This document shows positions 26,501 through 41,500 of a DNA stretch of 64,000 bases, piece by piece. Every line of letters starts with the position of its first letter. Positions within the stretch are counted from its first letter, which is position 1. Both the position numbers and the translations under genes were made by a program. Source of the stretch: Tubulanus polymorphus (Eukaryota; Animalia; Nemertea); contig NC_134027.1 in assembly GCF_964204645.1 (NCBI RefSeq), positions 5,178,485-5,242,484 on the forward strand. Direction: 5' to 3'. Below the pieces are notes generated by a model. That model was not told the DNA's origin and did not search any database. It worked only from the letters and a program-made list of their open reading frames with translations.

Positions 26501-29500
26501 CGAGCTATTTCTGTAGTTAGCTCTACCTCCAACTGTGTCCTAATCTCAACCATAGAAACAATTAAGGCGCTGACTCCACTTCAGTTTTTTCGCCATTTTA
26601 TCTACAACAATGCAACGACAAATTTAAACGTATCTCGGACATGAAAAATCTGCTCATTTTGTTCATTTCTTTGTTGGCGTGAATGTCTTGAAATGTCTTG
26701 GAGAGGCGAGGGTTAATATATCACAGCTGTCAATCATTTCTTATAAATGCGGGCTGATACAAAGACGAGGCATTGCAAACATGATCATCTGTAGTCCAGG
26801 AACAATACCTCTTTTCAACTATTCAGTGGACACCTATTAGGAGCTATGGCACTTAACACATAGAATAGGCTTAAAATGGTCTCATCATAACAATTAGTTT
26901 CTCAGTCTTTTTAAGGCGTAAAATAAGACTAATGCCAAGACGTCTTTCTAGAAAATAGTGCCTATTATATTCAACACAAAATACCTATATTAGTATATAT
27001 TTCAATGACCTGCCTTCCTAATAATTATATTTAAATTAAGCCTTTTGACATTAAATATACTTTGTATTGAAATATGAAACCTAATAACTCGCAACAACAA
27101 TGAACCATGAGACTGTTGTCCCTCGTTAGACATAGATAGTAATCCAGGTAGGATTTTAATTACACATTCCACGGTATAAATGTTGTATTCAGTTTTCGTT
27201 TCAAAGTTTAATGAATGGCGATGTTAAGTTCAAACACCGTAACATTAACTCTGAAATCAAAATCAAGAGCGAGTTCTATGAAAAATACGATTTGATCATT
27301 TCCTATCATCAGTTGAAAGGATAACACCTGATTTTAGAGTATAGTTAATTAACAGTTGAAATGTTGGTTATTACTATTGCTGTATTAACACAACAGGTAT
27401 TTACTATTGACAGGTGAAGATGAACACCTGCTCAATACTGTTAACTCGTATATACATTATATCTAGGATTTTCGATCACTGAGGATTAAAGTTGTGATCG
27501 AAATCTCCTTCTGAAGTTCATATAATTGATAAGATCGAAGAGATATTATGATTATTATATATAAAAAGAGATTATGCAGATCATTCTCACAGTGGTAGTA
27601 ACGATTACGAGGTGCAAACTTCAAAAAGTCGTCACATTGTTTTGCAAATCACGATGAAGCTAATCGGAAAACTGCTCGTCTATAACGAGAGCAACTCTTT
27701 GCATTCAAATGAGTCTAAATCGAGTTTAAAATCTGCGGAATTTAATTCAAAACAGAAACTGCAGCGATCTACACATGTGAATCATCATCATCAGCTATTT
27801 TACACTGGTTTCTTCCAGTTTTACTTCCTCATCTTTTATTTCCATTGTTACGAGAAGTACCCGGTAACCACTGGCAACAGAACACAGCCATGTTGTTTGA
27901 AAGTTTTTGAGGAGGTCTGAGTCACCGCGGCACGCAAGTGGGAGAGACCAGCGATTTTCTGCTGAATCTAGACAATATTATAAGGCGACTGTTTCATTAT
28001 GTAAATTTCCCGCAGTATAAACAAACTTTGCGTATTCCGAACAAAAATTCTAATCCCGACAATTTTCCAGTATCTTAGCAATTTCATCGGCGACATCGGT
28101 AATAGCCAGCGATTGTTGATAAGTTATCTTGGTACGAGCCTCCGCATTCATCCTCACGGGAATTAAATCTGATAAAACAAAAACAATTGCCAATTCGTTT
28201 GTTGGGAGAATTAACGCTTAAACCTTGTAACAAACGGCATTATATTCAAACTAGACTCGAAGAAACGAACGAGATACGACAATCCTGACGAACAATGACG
28301 ATAGTTGAAATTCAAACTGTATCGTCTCCTAAATACAAAGGGTCAAGACACCTGCATCTTTAGAGAGACGTTTCCCATGATGTGACCATCAGTTTAGAAG
28401 ATGTCAAATCGAGCGTGCAAACTTCATGCCCAAATCTAACGCATCATTTCCCTTGCGGTAGTGAAATATGTAGACAGATTTTCGTCATGTGGGGAAAGCA
28501 TCTCCGATTCCGTCAAATCTCTACAGCATTCTGATTGTTGCCTTCAGACAGAACTGAATTTCAGATTAGGTTTCATCCTTGTTTATTGTTATATTTTAAT
28601 CCTGAGGAGATTAGAATTCACAAGCCACTAATTTTGAAGGATTATTTAGCGAACTGGCATAATAGTGACCCCTGTAATGACTTCGTATTAATTTGTTGAA
28701 CTTTAAGCCGATCAGATAAACCAAATGCATGCATGCTTCACAAGTCAGACTCCAATCTAATTTAACCAATTCAATCAGGTGTAAATTTGAAAACTGTACT
28801 TTACCGAAATCCTTGCAAAATTTGATGAAAGGTTCATTCGATAATGACAAAATTCATGAGAAAGTCAGGCATTAAAATCATTCAACTATCATTCTGCAGA
28901 TTAAAATTATTTCATTTTCTTGATTGGACTTGTAGTTTCGGTTAGCTGTCATTGGTTTCATACAATTTCAACCTCCCACTCCGACGGGACAAAAACTTTT
29001 TAGTTGTCTGATCTAAACCTTTGCTGTCAGTACGGATTTTCCTGTTGGCTGAAATTGACGTTTATCCTTCGTATGGGTTGATTAAGAGGCCGATTTTCAT
29101 ATGTCACCTCTTCATCTGTTTCCGTCACTGAATTGAAGTATTCTTTTACTGAAGACAATGAGAAGCTTTTTTACATTCGACTCCTTTAATCACTTGATTA
29201 AAATGAATTTCTCAGGTATACTTAACATACACTTGAGATTTTCCCACGGGGGTTTTATGTTGAAACTAATTCAGCTAGATTCGGAAGAGAAATATTGCAA
29301 GTATATTGCACCAATCATGAGATCAATTGAGACAATAAAACTATGATCAAAAATACATTACCGACAACTTCTGCGATCTTGACATTGTAACGAGTCAATA
29401 ATAGAATATCTTATAAGATATCTAATGAAAATTTCATATGAGGGTGAGTATATAGTCTAGTTAACTATTTAATGTTTAGAGGGTATCAATGTGATGAATT

Positions 29501-32500
29501 ATTCCACATGAAAAGCACATTTGACAATGCTATATTGATGATACATGAACTTAATTCTCCACTAGTATAGAACTGTAGTTTCAGTTTCATACATCCAAAA
29601 TCACACACGGATGAATGAATATCGCTAAAGGCTCTAGTCAGAAGCACTCTGTTGATTCATTTTCACGTTCCTGGCTTAATGAATTTCTCATGATAATGAT
29701 TACTATAGTTAATTTAGATAATGATTTAATACACTGTAAGTATGCGCGGTATACAATTATTTCAATTAGTAAATGTTTTCACCCAGACAACTAGACTGCT
29801 CTAAATTGAAGTGGTAAAAATGGCGGCTAAAATAACAGCAACCATTTAACTAAATGGTTTGAGCTGACATAAGTCGGGTTCTTTTGATCAGAAGTAATGG
29901 ACTTGCGAACTTATTTCCCGAGCTATTAGGAGAGATTTGTCAAACGAAACTGTGAGGGGATTGGATGTATCTCTTTCAAATGTATCCATTTGATGTTGGA
30001 AAACATTTGATATGATTGAAGATCGGAAATAACTTCTACATGGTGACCTGGTTACTAAGGTAACATACATAACAACATTGTTGTGAGGTTTGATTGACAG
30101 ATTGTTTTCTAATAGGTGCTGCACACGTAGCTGTCAGTCATTTGATAGATAGTAGCAAGAGGTGCATCATCCAGTAGGACTGTACAGGTGTGTAGGTAAA
30201 ACATGCTCATCAGAGTTGCTGCAATAATGGACTGCAACAATGTTGCCCTAAATTCAAACGCACCATCCATCAATAAACTGAAGTCAATAACAAAGTAGTG
30301 AGTGAATACATCCACGAGGTCTGCAAATGGAGGAGGAAGTTCACTGCTTTTGAAAATTCACTTCAATTGAAAATTTTCTTCAACTTCCATTTCAAAATCA
30401 TTCATCGAAGAGCTCTCTTACATAATCAACTATGTTATACGAATGAAAACCGATGTGGTCATTTTTGAAGTAATCATTCACGATGATGCCAAGGGTTAAT
30501 AGAACATTGGAAGCCAATATCAAACCTCACAAGTGGCTATGGATCATTTCAGAATACACTGCACAACATGAGGATGGCCACACGTTCCCCGACAAGTCCT
30601 GATTTCTAGTCATGTTTTCCAACACGAATGTCCTGCATACTCGATACAGGTTGTGGACATTTTTATACGGTTATCAATAATCAATATGAAGTCTGATTCA
30701 TGTACTACAGAAAGCACGGAGAGGGAAAGAGAGAGAGAGAGACGGATGGAAGAAAAACTCTTTACGACAGGTACCGGTAGCTGCAAATCAATCCATAGCA
30801 ACCGCTGAATACAATTAAGAACAGTTGGGATCATCTCAAATCAAAGTTCTGTGATAATGTCCTCCAAAAATTCCAAAAACCTCAGCCTCAGCCAGGGCCG
30901 GATAGACGAGCTGACAAGACGCGTCATTTCAGCAGATTGTCAGATTTTTTACCATTCTTCTGAACAGTGCCTAATGGTGGCTGTTAATGTGACTTCCTGC
31001 CAAGTGTCGGAAAGGATGGAAGTTGTCCTGACAATAAAAACCTGACAGACACTGTGGACACATAATCATTCAGGAAAAAATTCAAGGTATGCATATTTGA
31101 GCTGAGAACAATTCCTTGAACAATGGCACTCAGTTTACAGCTTAGTATCTTCTTAATCCTAGTTCAATAATCTCCAATAAGATATAAAGGTGAATTTTTA
31201 TCTTCATGCCTCAAGCCACCCGTTGGAAAGATCCATAAAACGCGTATGAAATAATGTAAAAATATTCTCTGTGGCCGACGCTCAGCAAGATGAAAAGAAA
31301 ACAGATTATAAACTACTGGTTATTATCCGTGGTGATGTCTTCATCACCATCGATAAAAAACTACATCCCACACAAAGAACAAAGCATTTCATAATCCGTC
31401 TGTCATCAGTAATGGCACATAACTAGTCAGCCATCTCCAGTCTGTCATTGGTCAGACATACAGATTTTTGCTGCTTATTCAATTTGAGATATTTTTCTTT
31501 AATTCATAAAGATTTATTTATGGTACATCATATGAATTGTCTGTGGGAAAGACAGGAAAATTAGTTTAAAGGAAATCAAAACATTTGTGCATGCAATTCC
31601 TATGATTCTCATGTTCTTTCCTTTTTTCATCATCTTGAGTAAATGAATATTGATGTAGTTTAAGTTTGGAAATGTCGCCTTTCGAAGATTTCTACTTTGT
31701 TTTTAAGAACTACCTCCTCAGATATATCTGGATACACTGAAGCTGTTAACTGCTGGACCACAGGAGGCTGAAGAATGATGAGTCAATGAGCCTTTGGTCT
31801 GTATTTACTTTGAGCATCATTTCCACTGGAATCTACAACAAACTCATGAATTCAGAATATCCGTTTTCACCTGAACTATCAAGTCAGGAAAACTTCCTAT
31901 GATTTACAAAGTAAAATTAATTTTTCGACAAAATTAAATTTACATCCTCAGAAAATCTAGATTTTCATACAGGTAAAATCGATGACATTTGATTGACGGG
32001 ATGAGGTAATGATTTATTTGTACTGCAATCGCGATGAAGTATAAGGGTTAAAGGAACATATTACTCATGTCAGGGATGTAGATTCTAGTATTCAATCACT
32101 TTCTATTCTACTGCACCAGACATTATGTCATTCCTATCCACAAACTAACTAATTACATTACGCCAAACTTGATAGTGATGATGTTTAACAACTTTATGCA
32201 ATAAAAAATTATCGATTTTTTCATTTCGGCAAAATCCTTTTATCGGTTTCTGCTGCTGTTCCAAAAACAGTAAATTCAAAACAGCATGTTTATATCTTCA
32301 GTCTGTATAAATGTCACATATTTGATCAGTTACAAGTTTCTCAAGTGCATCAACTAGAAAACAATAAGGCAATATTGAACTGTCGTAAAACATAACTGTT
32401 TAAGTGATGGATAGTTGTTATTCTTTTCCAAATGTGCACTAACAATGATAAGACAGGGATGTTAATCAAAACATCATTTCAGCAATAAATCAACTTCATT

Positions 32501-35500
32501 ATAAGGACAGTAAGTAATAAGGAATAATGAGATAATTAATTCGATAAAGATAAGTTCAGGAGAGCAAAGAAATCATAAAACTTACATAACTAGTGCCTGA
32601 TAACCTTTACAGTAACTGCTTATCTCATTGATAGTAAACAGTTTGCTTATTAACCATTAAATATGTCAAATAGCAAGATAAAACATTGCACTGACTGACA
32701 GAACACTTTATTAACTAAGATAGCTATGAAAAACGGTACTTTCAGAGTTGAATTTCACTGAGAAATGTCTTGATGGAATATATGACGTTATGATGTTATG
32801 CCTGGAGCACTTTTATGAAGTGGAGGCAGTCACAATTCTTTTTTTCACCCTATAAATAATGCAAACCCTCTGTACGCCTATGTGTGTGAATTTGAACTTT
32901 TCATGTTTAAGAACTTAGCGAAAATGGATCTCGTATTGTTCGTGAATAGAAATGCCGACTTTTGAACTTATCATTTTTTCATAAATTATTGAGAAACCGC
33001 CGCTGTATTTTTCAGGAGTTCAATCAGTTCTCTATATTATCATACAAATACTGAAGCGTAACGCACAGTTCTACAGACGTGTTTATCTATATTTATGATA
33101 GCTGCCGGGATAATACTAACCTCTCTGCTTATTGGCGAATATACAACTGTAACATTTTACATATCAGGTATTTCTGCGATGTTGAAAATTCATGCCATTG
33201 GGCCGCAGATCAGCCATTAACTTACTACGTGCAAAGCTAGCTTATGGTGAAAGTTCTTATTTTGACCAGCACCTGTACTGATCCTACAGACAGGATGCAT
33301 CGTAACTGGAAATCAGATCATTCGCTGATTACAGGTGCTGATCTATCTTGGGAAAAACAAACAGTGAAAACCACTTAATTCTCACTGCCTCTTATCAATA
33401 AGAAAATAAGGTGTTTATCACCTGACTTATCGGTTCAGGTGATTTCATGTTGGATCTCGGCTCAATACCAGAGGAAGGTCTCGGTATGTAACTGAACCTT
33501 CTGAACTCAAAATCCCTCAAATCGAACAATTCTACATCAAAAGATGATATAACTAAATCAGATATAGGCCTAAGTATTAAAAAAGCTATATATCTAACTG
33601 TGATACAGAAATTTCGAGCGATCAGTGAACTAAGGCTCCTCAAAAGAGAATAAAACAAGTATTCTACATGTATGACATACATGAAAAGAAACCCTATTTG
33701 TCACGAATGACAGAGAAAAACTGAACACTTCAAAAAGCCTAACAGATTTCGATCTGTAAAATGCCAATCAAAAGTTGAATAGCCTACATGCGCACTGTCT
33801 GTCAAAGCTAGTCTTTTTATGGCCAATTTTCAAAATGATACCTGTACAAAAGCGCTGAAGCATATTATTTAACACAATTTTCTGAGTTCGCTACAACCAC
33901 ATACACCATCACGCCAATGCATGTTGCATTTCTAGTTTTCTATCAAGTATTGAGGTCCAGACTTCAAATGTAGAATCTTTTACACGCATAAATGATTCGT
34001 GTATCACTTGGATATATCTTACGTGCTGAAGGAAATACACATTTCAAAACGAATATATCTTCTCATTATTGTAACAGAAGTATTCTACCACTTCAGCACT
34101 TAAGCAGATGTGATCAGTCAGATTTGGGTAGAAAAATTTTTTAAGCTCGGGGCATCAACTAGGCTAGATTTTTCAAGAGAATCGACTGGCTGTTTTTTAG
34201 ATTGCTTCATGCAGATCATGATTTAAATTCACGACGCACAATTATCTGCCTGGATGATGTCATTGTTCGGAAAGTAGCAAGCAATTAAAGATTTGCAGTT
34301 CTTTGAGATCCCAGTGCAGCGACTGCAGTGAAAATGTTATTGGAGTGTCACGATGATTTTCAATTTAGAATTAAGAGCCTCGAGTGGAAATATATTTTCT
34401 AGTGCTAAGCCTACTCAGTGTTAACAGGGCAAAAAGGTTGTCCAATAACTGAGCACTTGAGTCAAACCAGGAACTACCATTCATAGCAAAAATGATCTAA
34501 GCAAAATGTGTCTGCCTTTAAACAACCCCTTCCACGTATGAATTAACAAACCAATGCATAAGACCTTACTACAAATTCAACAAAATTTTTAGAGTTACGT
34601 AACCCACTATATCTATAACATGGTTTGTCGTACCAGCTGAAGCTGAAGTTCTAGAATCTAATAACCGTGGTGACTATAACCCCTTCAGAGTCTACAGATC
34701 CAATATTGACAATACTCAGAGTTGCTCATCATCAAACTCACATCAATTCTAGCAATGTGTTAACCCATGTGGCACGCTCAGGACAATAAATACCGCGCCA
34801 AGTTCCAACGATATTAAAACAGCAAGAATTTACGAGGGAACAGACTGCTCACATGAGGCCTTCGGTTCCATCATCTGGCAAGACTCATTATAAGATTTAG
34901 AGCAAACCCTATAAGGCTGCCTTCATATCTTTTTATCAAAGGGGTTCCTTAATTAAACAATGTTTGAGAATCCCCGCAGCAAAAATTCCACATGGCTGCG
35001 CAGTTATGGAAGAGAAAAATCCAATAGATCCTGTGATGCTGTCGTCAGTAAATATTTACTAAGTCGCTTGTGATATGAAATTAGATTTTTATTTATAGAA
35101 TATTCAGAAATTATTTTTGCGCCGCCAGTTTTTGTTGTAGAGATGTCAAAAGAAGAGATGCACAAAGCAAGTTTGTAAAATACTGATAGTGAAATCTACC
35201 ATCTCTTCAATTCCGTAATCATTATCATTTTCATTTTCTAACAACAACGATGCAGTGTATTTTGTCAACGAAGTTAAGATGAATGTTAAGCATCTAGTAA
35301 AAGTCTAAACAATTTGTGATATTTTTAGGAAGACAGAACGAAGACAGGCGGATAGAATATGGTTGTAAGAATGCGTGTCACAGGCTGTGAGACGTGAAAA
35401 CTGGTTCATCACATGTCAATCATTGATGTTATAATCTCATCACAGAAATATCAGAAAATGCAATATCCACATCAGAATGGAACGATATTTTTGCCTCCAG

Positions 35501-38500
35501 ATGTTTAAGTTAGCATCCTTGTCATCTCGTTGCCATGACGACATGCTACATGACACATTAGTTATGTAATTTCGTATATAAATTTTTCTTTTTTTACACT
35601 TTGAGCCTCAATTTTGATGCGTCTAATCACGCAAAGTATCATTGGACATATCGCTGATTTAATTGATATGAATTGCGGCAGACAACATCAGAAAGGGAAA
35701 AAATTTACATTCCTCATTCAGGCAACAATCGGAAGTTATTACGTTAAAAAAAGAAATATTCCGGATTCAAAATCCAAAATTAGAAATTCACATTGGCTTC
35801 AACCGTCAGAATTCACCATTCTATGAATTGAAGTGATATTGGGTTTTCATTTGAAATCCTGTCAGTTGCTGGCAATGAAATAAGATCTGTGGCGTTAAGC
35901 CATTGATTTGGTTTGGGGCGGGCTCCTGAGTCATCCGTAATACGAGAGAAAAAAAGAGAGAGAATGGTAAAACCATGTCACCAGCTGAAATAAGACCCCG
36001 GCATATAACTATAAAACATTCATCGCAAGCGATAAGCATGATAAATGAAAGAAAGATACAGGTAATAAGCATCATTTTTCCCACAGCTGAGGTATACTTA
36101 TATATATCTACAGATTTTGATACAGATTTCGAGATAGCTTTGTAGTTTCTATACACTTTTGCCGAATAGAAATAATCTTAATTCGTTACAAAAACAAAAT
36201 CGACGAAATCATAATTATGACACCGGATTGCGCTTATCGAAAAAAAAACTTTTCAGTTTCTATGGTAACTGTGGAAATAATACTATTTTTACGCGGTTCA
36301 TTTTTAAATCTGCGATGATGATGATGATGATGACTAATAGCAACCCCCTCCCGGCTTGTCATCGACAAAACTACCATGTTGATGTTTATTTACATTAATG
36401 GATTAACCTTCTTCAAAAATCACTCATCAATAAAATATCCTTAGATATTTCTATATTTGTGAAATATCCAATAACGAAATAACTGACTAAATATACCTGT
36501 TAATATATACTTCAAAGAGATGCCCTCCGCGGATGACCTCCACGGTGAAAGGTATTTTTCTACTTGGCTCCGGTTTATCGGAGTCTGACAATTGGTACAA
36601 ATACTGCACCGCAGATGAAGATATTAGTCGCGCGGAGAGAAGATTATTTTTATTCAATCTAAGACACTCGACTGTGGGATATACTGCCAACTGAACAATA
36701 ACTACGCACAAAGAACAAACTAACCGACCGATTATGCTTTATTTAATTTACATGAGAGCTTTTAATAATAAGATCGAAATGTGTCAATATCTCAATTCAG
36801 AGGGACGACAGTTTGAACGTCGTTATTTTCAGTTCAAGGTCAAATCCTACGTAAAGGTTTGTTCCGTCGATCCTTGGATTACATGAGATCAGCGTCCAGG
36901 TCAGGCTGTTATGCGAAGTGCTTACTTCCAAACAGCACCATATTTGAAAAGTTATCAGTTAAATGTTCCTCGCCCAAGAAATATTATGATAAATCAAATT
37001 GACAGGTTTCTACAAACCAAACACAACTCTTACTGATAAGTCCATTAAATACTCTTTTATCGTACCGAAAAATTATTTATTGCCAAATTTACTTCGTCAA
37101 AAATGCAATAACCCTTCGGCTAGATGTTCTTCTAACAATGAGGAGGTCAGTCTGAGATAAGGTTGATTCATTTCAACAATTCAAACAAACTAACAGTTAT
37201 TTATGAGTTCATATTATGTTAGATAACCACTACAAGACTGAGAATTTTCGTGGGCTTCAATTTTCTAGTCTATCGAGGTCTAATTAGATTTTCATCCTAG
37301 ACATAATTCTCATCTCTTGAAATGAACACTTATGTTTAGCTGAGGAAATCATGGATCTACATGTACCGGTAAATCATTTTTTTATCATGCCACTGATTGT
37401 GTAAACATTATAACTTCAGTTATGAATTTCCCTGAGAAATTTATGAGTTGATTCACGTTGAAGCAAAATTAATTTTCAGGTCATCAAAAAGCAATTTATT
37501 GCGATCAAAATATTGTCAATGGCGAGAGCACCGACGCAATCCATAGAAATTCTTTATTAGTTTCTGGTGGCGAGAACGCATTCCAAACTTTTTTTCCTTC
37601 AATTTAACTAAACCGAAATTGTTGAGGATTGAATCAACGACTCTAAAACGAAGAGTCCATAGCACAACTAATCTGGCAAGCATATATTCATTCAATATTT
37701 GATAACAATGTGACAATAGCTAGAAATGTGACTTCATCAATGAGTCTTTTGGCTTAAAAAAACCGGTAAATTCAACGTCAAGAAGATAAGATCAAAGCTA
37801 ATTAGTTTTGCTACATGGACTGGTATTTATTGACTAAAGAATGTCTCCATTAGGTCTGGTATAGTGAATACACCCGGAGACAGACAGCGACTCCACACCG
37901 TGTATCTCCAGTCCTATCAGAATATTACAGTTGTCAGAGGTGTATCAAACTTATCTCTTCATATCTCATGAAATTGTATGGAACCCAGATGCTTCGTAAT
38001 ATACCATTTCTATGACAAGCACTGATAAATTGGCATCATTGTTCTTTCATCCAATGAAGATGTATTTGTGGTGGTTTCATTTCATGCCGATTTTTAGATG
38101 GAGGTTATCGATCGAGCTAGTTCAAAACCCAAAATGGTTAACAGAAACTTCTTCTTGTTCAAGAAATTCGATCCAATTTTTGGCAATTTCATTTGAAGAA
38201 TGCCGGAGAGACCGAATCAATTATAAACCAATTTCAACCAGAACATAAAATCTAAATTTAATAGACTTAGCCATAGACTTTTGTGTCAATGTTATTAGGT
38301 CTACGGCTATTATAAAAGGGATAGTCTGTCAATTCAAATGCTAGCTACCTTGTGATTGGTGTATTATAATGCCATTTAATGCCGGCTAATGGCCTATAGT
38401 CATATTTCATGCGTTTCTATGCACATTTCTTAGGTTTTGTGTGATGGGTAGATAAAGAATGTTTTAGTACCAAGAGCGATCTGCTGTGAAAGAGCCCGAA

Positions 38501-41500
38501 TATTGTAGATTATCCCTCAAAAGTGGAACATTTTAGGCTCATAGTAAAAGCAATATGTTTTCTGACATGAACAAGGGAACATTTTGGGAAAAGGGAATTT
38601 GGTGAAAGTATCATCAATTTTTCTTAAGTCAAATACAATTCTCGTTCTTGAAACGTCATTACTGTATATTGAAATATTCAAGTTTGATGAAAGTTCCGAA
38701 GAAGATGCCTGAAAACTAAAACTGACAGATGGTAAGCCCCCGTGGCACTGTAACCATGGCAAAATGAGACAAAACAATAACCGATCTTCTATTTGGCATT
38801 TGCAAATTAGGAAACGCAGCAATACGCAGTGTGGTTAATTCACAATCACACTGCAGAAAATTGCTATAATTGTACAAGACATGCTTCATATTCTCCCATC
38901 TGTGTAGGATTTCTATTTTGATTTAATCGTCATCATCAGCACGGCTAAAACAAGTCCGCTAGAAAAAAAAAGACTACGGATTTCTATGCTTTAAGGCAAT
39001 AAAATACAGTTTGTGGAGGAATCATGAATTGGAATGAGCTTCTCTTCGACATGGACATATCTTCATGTCCATACATGGAAATAGGGATCTACATAATTTG
39101 GTTGCCTAATTTGGATGTCACTCTTATTACTCCCATTTTACATCAGCTTTCATCCCACAAATGAGTAAAAAGGATCACGAAGACATCAGTTTTTGAAAGA
39201 CACGTTCTATTCTAGAAGTTCTTTGATTCGAGAAGCAGAATGAACACATTTACCGAATTTCTCCATCCTTATTCACTGAAAACGAACGAATCGGTAGGAA
39301 AATTGCCACAGGAAATTTCACGACGATGAAAGAACGTCGAACAGGAAAATTACGCGAGATCAGACGACCTCGATTACCAACCGATGATTCACAGAAAACT
39401 GGCAAATAACAGTCGACAGAGAGAGTAGGTGTTCAACATGAAAAACAGGACAATAATGAAATAGACAGTAGCTCGATCGTCGATGAAATTCATATTATAC
39501 CTCCATGCAGATACACTGAAAGGTGTAGAAACTTACGCAAGATAATTCATCAGTTTGTTTTTAAACTCATCTGAATATTCATGAGATAACTCTGTATGGT
39601 GGCGAGAGCGAGGCAGAGCTGTAGCAGACAGTAGACAGTCGACAGCCGCATCGAACACTTGATCAACTAATCTATAAAAGTGACCTAAACCGCCGCTTTT
39701 ACTAATTGCGAACACATCAACTGTCAGTCTATGGGTTTCGTTATTACTTATCGTGACATATCGCGATAAGTCAAATCGTAACCTTGGAGACAATGCTTGA
39801 TGTCACTCGGGGAAAGTTTATGATTCAGATTCGTAAAGCTAGTTCGATATTGAGGTTTACGTCGGGATGAAAACTGTCAGCTAAAAGACACTCACATTAA
39901 GCCAGGATAGAACATAGAACTAACTCAGAATACGTCATTCGAAATGATATTTAGCTGGATCAGTGTATAAAGAACTTTTCTGAAAAATACCGGGTATTTT
40001 CGTAAGACTAAATAAAAAATTCTGTAACAGCGGTCAACTGGGAAAAAACTGTTTGTGGCGCCCGGACACATGAGGTCTTTGTATAGAGAGGTCTCCATGG
40101 CTAGACATTATACACTGGTAACATCATGAGATCATCGCGTTAATTCACGATAAGATCGATAACGAAATCTCAAAGGGAAAATCCGATGACATCATGCGCG
40201 GAAACTCTTACCGTAATCAACACCAAACGATACCTGTGTAAGATGTGAGATGTTTTAGATTCTAAGCGACATCGAACGAACAGGACGAGATGTGTAATGA
40301 AATCACCGGAGTCACTACTATCAGCGGTTCTCCTTCATTTAATTACGACTAATGGACGCCATGAGAAACAACATTCAACACAAATTGGATTGAAAATAGG
40401 CGTCTAATCCTGTATGTTTGGGTGTAGTACACCATCAATAATCAACCTTCCCAGTAGAATCCTTAGTTGCCCGATACTTTCAATTCTCTCATCTCCTCAT
40501 CTAACTTCATCCTTCCAAACATCAAATATCAAATATGTCTATGAGTTTAAACCATAAATTAAGCTTGTGGGTACTAACTATTCACCACATGTTATTTTTT
40601 GATCCGCAAGGAAGTAAACACTTGGTAAAAACTACAACTATTTTCAAATGACTAACGCTCAAAGGTCTAGATCACCATTAAAAATGTCAAAGAAAACATA
40701 CAATTCAAAGGAATCATTCGACTGAATTCCTAAAAATGTGCCTTAAAAAAACTTGTCGTCATTAAGGTAATAGGAATTTATGTCTGTTTTGTTAAAACTC
40801 TCAATAGATTTCATACTTCACATATTAAACGATACAACTCTAATAATAATTAATTGAGTAGGAGGTTTGCCTCCTAATGTGTGGACATCTGCATCATTTA
40901 TCTTAATAAATTTCTCAAAATCATCTAACCATGATATTAATGGATTCGCCATGTTCGTCAATCCCACAGTAGTGAACACAGAACAACATCGGGGTGCCTT
41001 TCGATTATTAGCCTATTAGACTTCCCTCAGGCTCCAAAGAGGGTTCCATCCCACCTTTTATACCCTAGATATAACCTTTTTGTTATTATAATGTAAGAAT
41101 GCGACGTAAGTTATTTCGAAATAGAAAAATTCATTATATATACTCGTTAGAATTTTGTAACCAAATGAAAACATTGACTAGACTCAGGTGCTGTCAGACA
41201 GCAGTTAACCTAATGATGATGGACTTGCGTAACTCCACACATGCTTGTTGTATTATACATGCGCTGAGCGCACCTCAAACCCGCAAGAGGAAAAAATACT
41301 CATAAATCATATACTGACACATGCTTTAAGCACACTTATGTTCATCTAATGGTTTTATGTCTTACCAATTAGAGAAATCAACAGTTAGTTGACAAGATAT
41401 TGAATAAAGGTTAAATCAGAGAGTGGCTTTTAACAACTAGAGCCTTGACGTTGATTGAGTAGTCTAACTCCCTCGCATACACATACTAGCACTATAAGAT

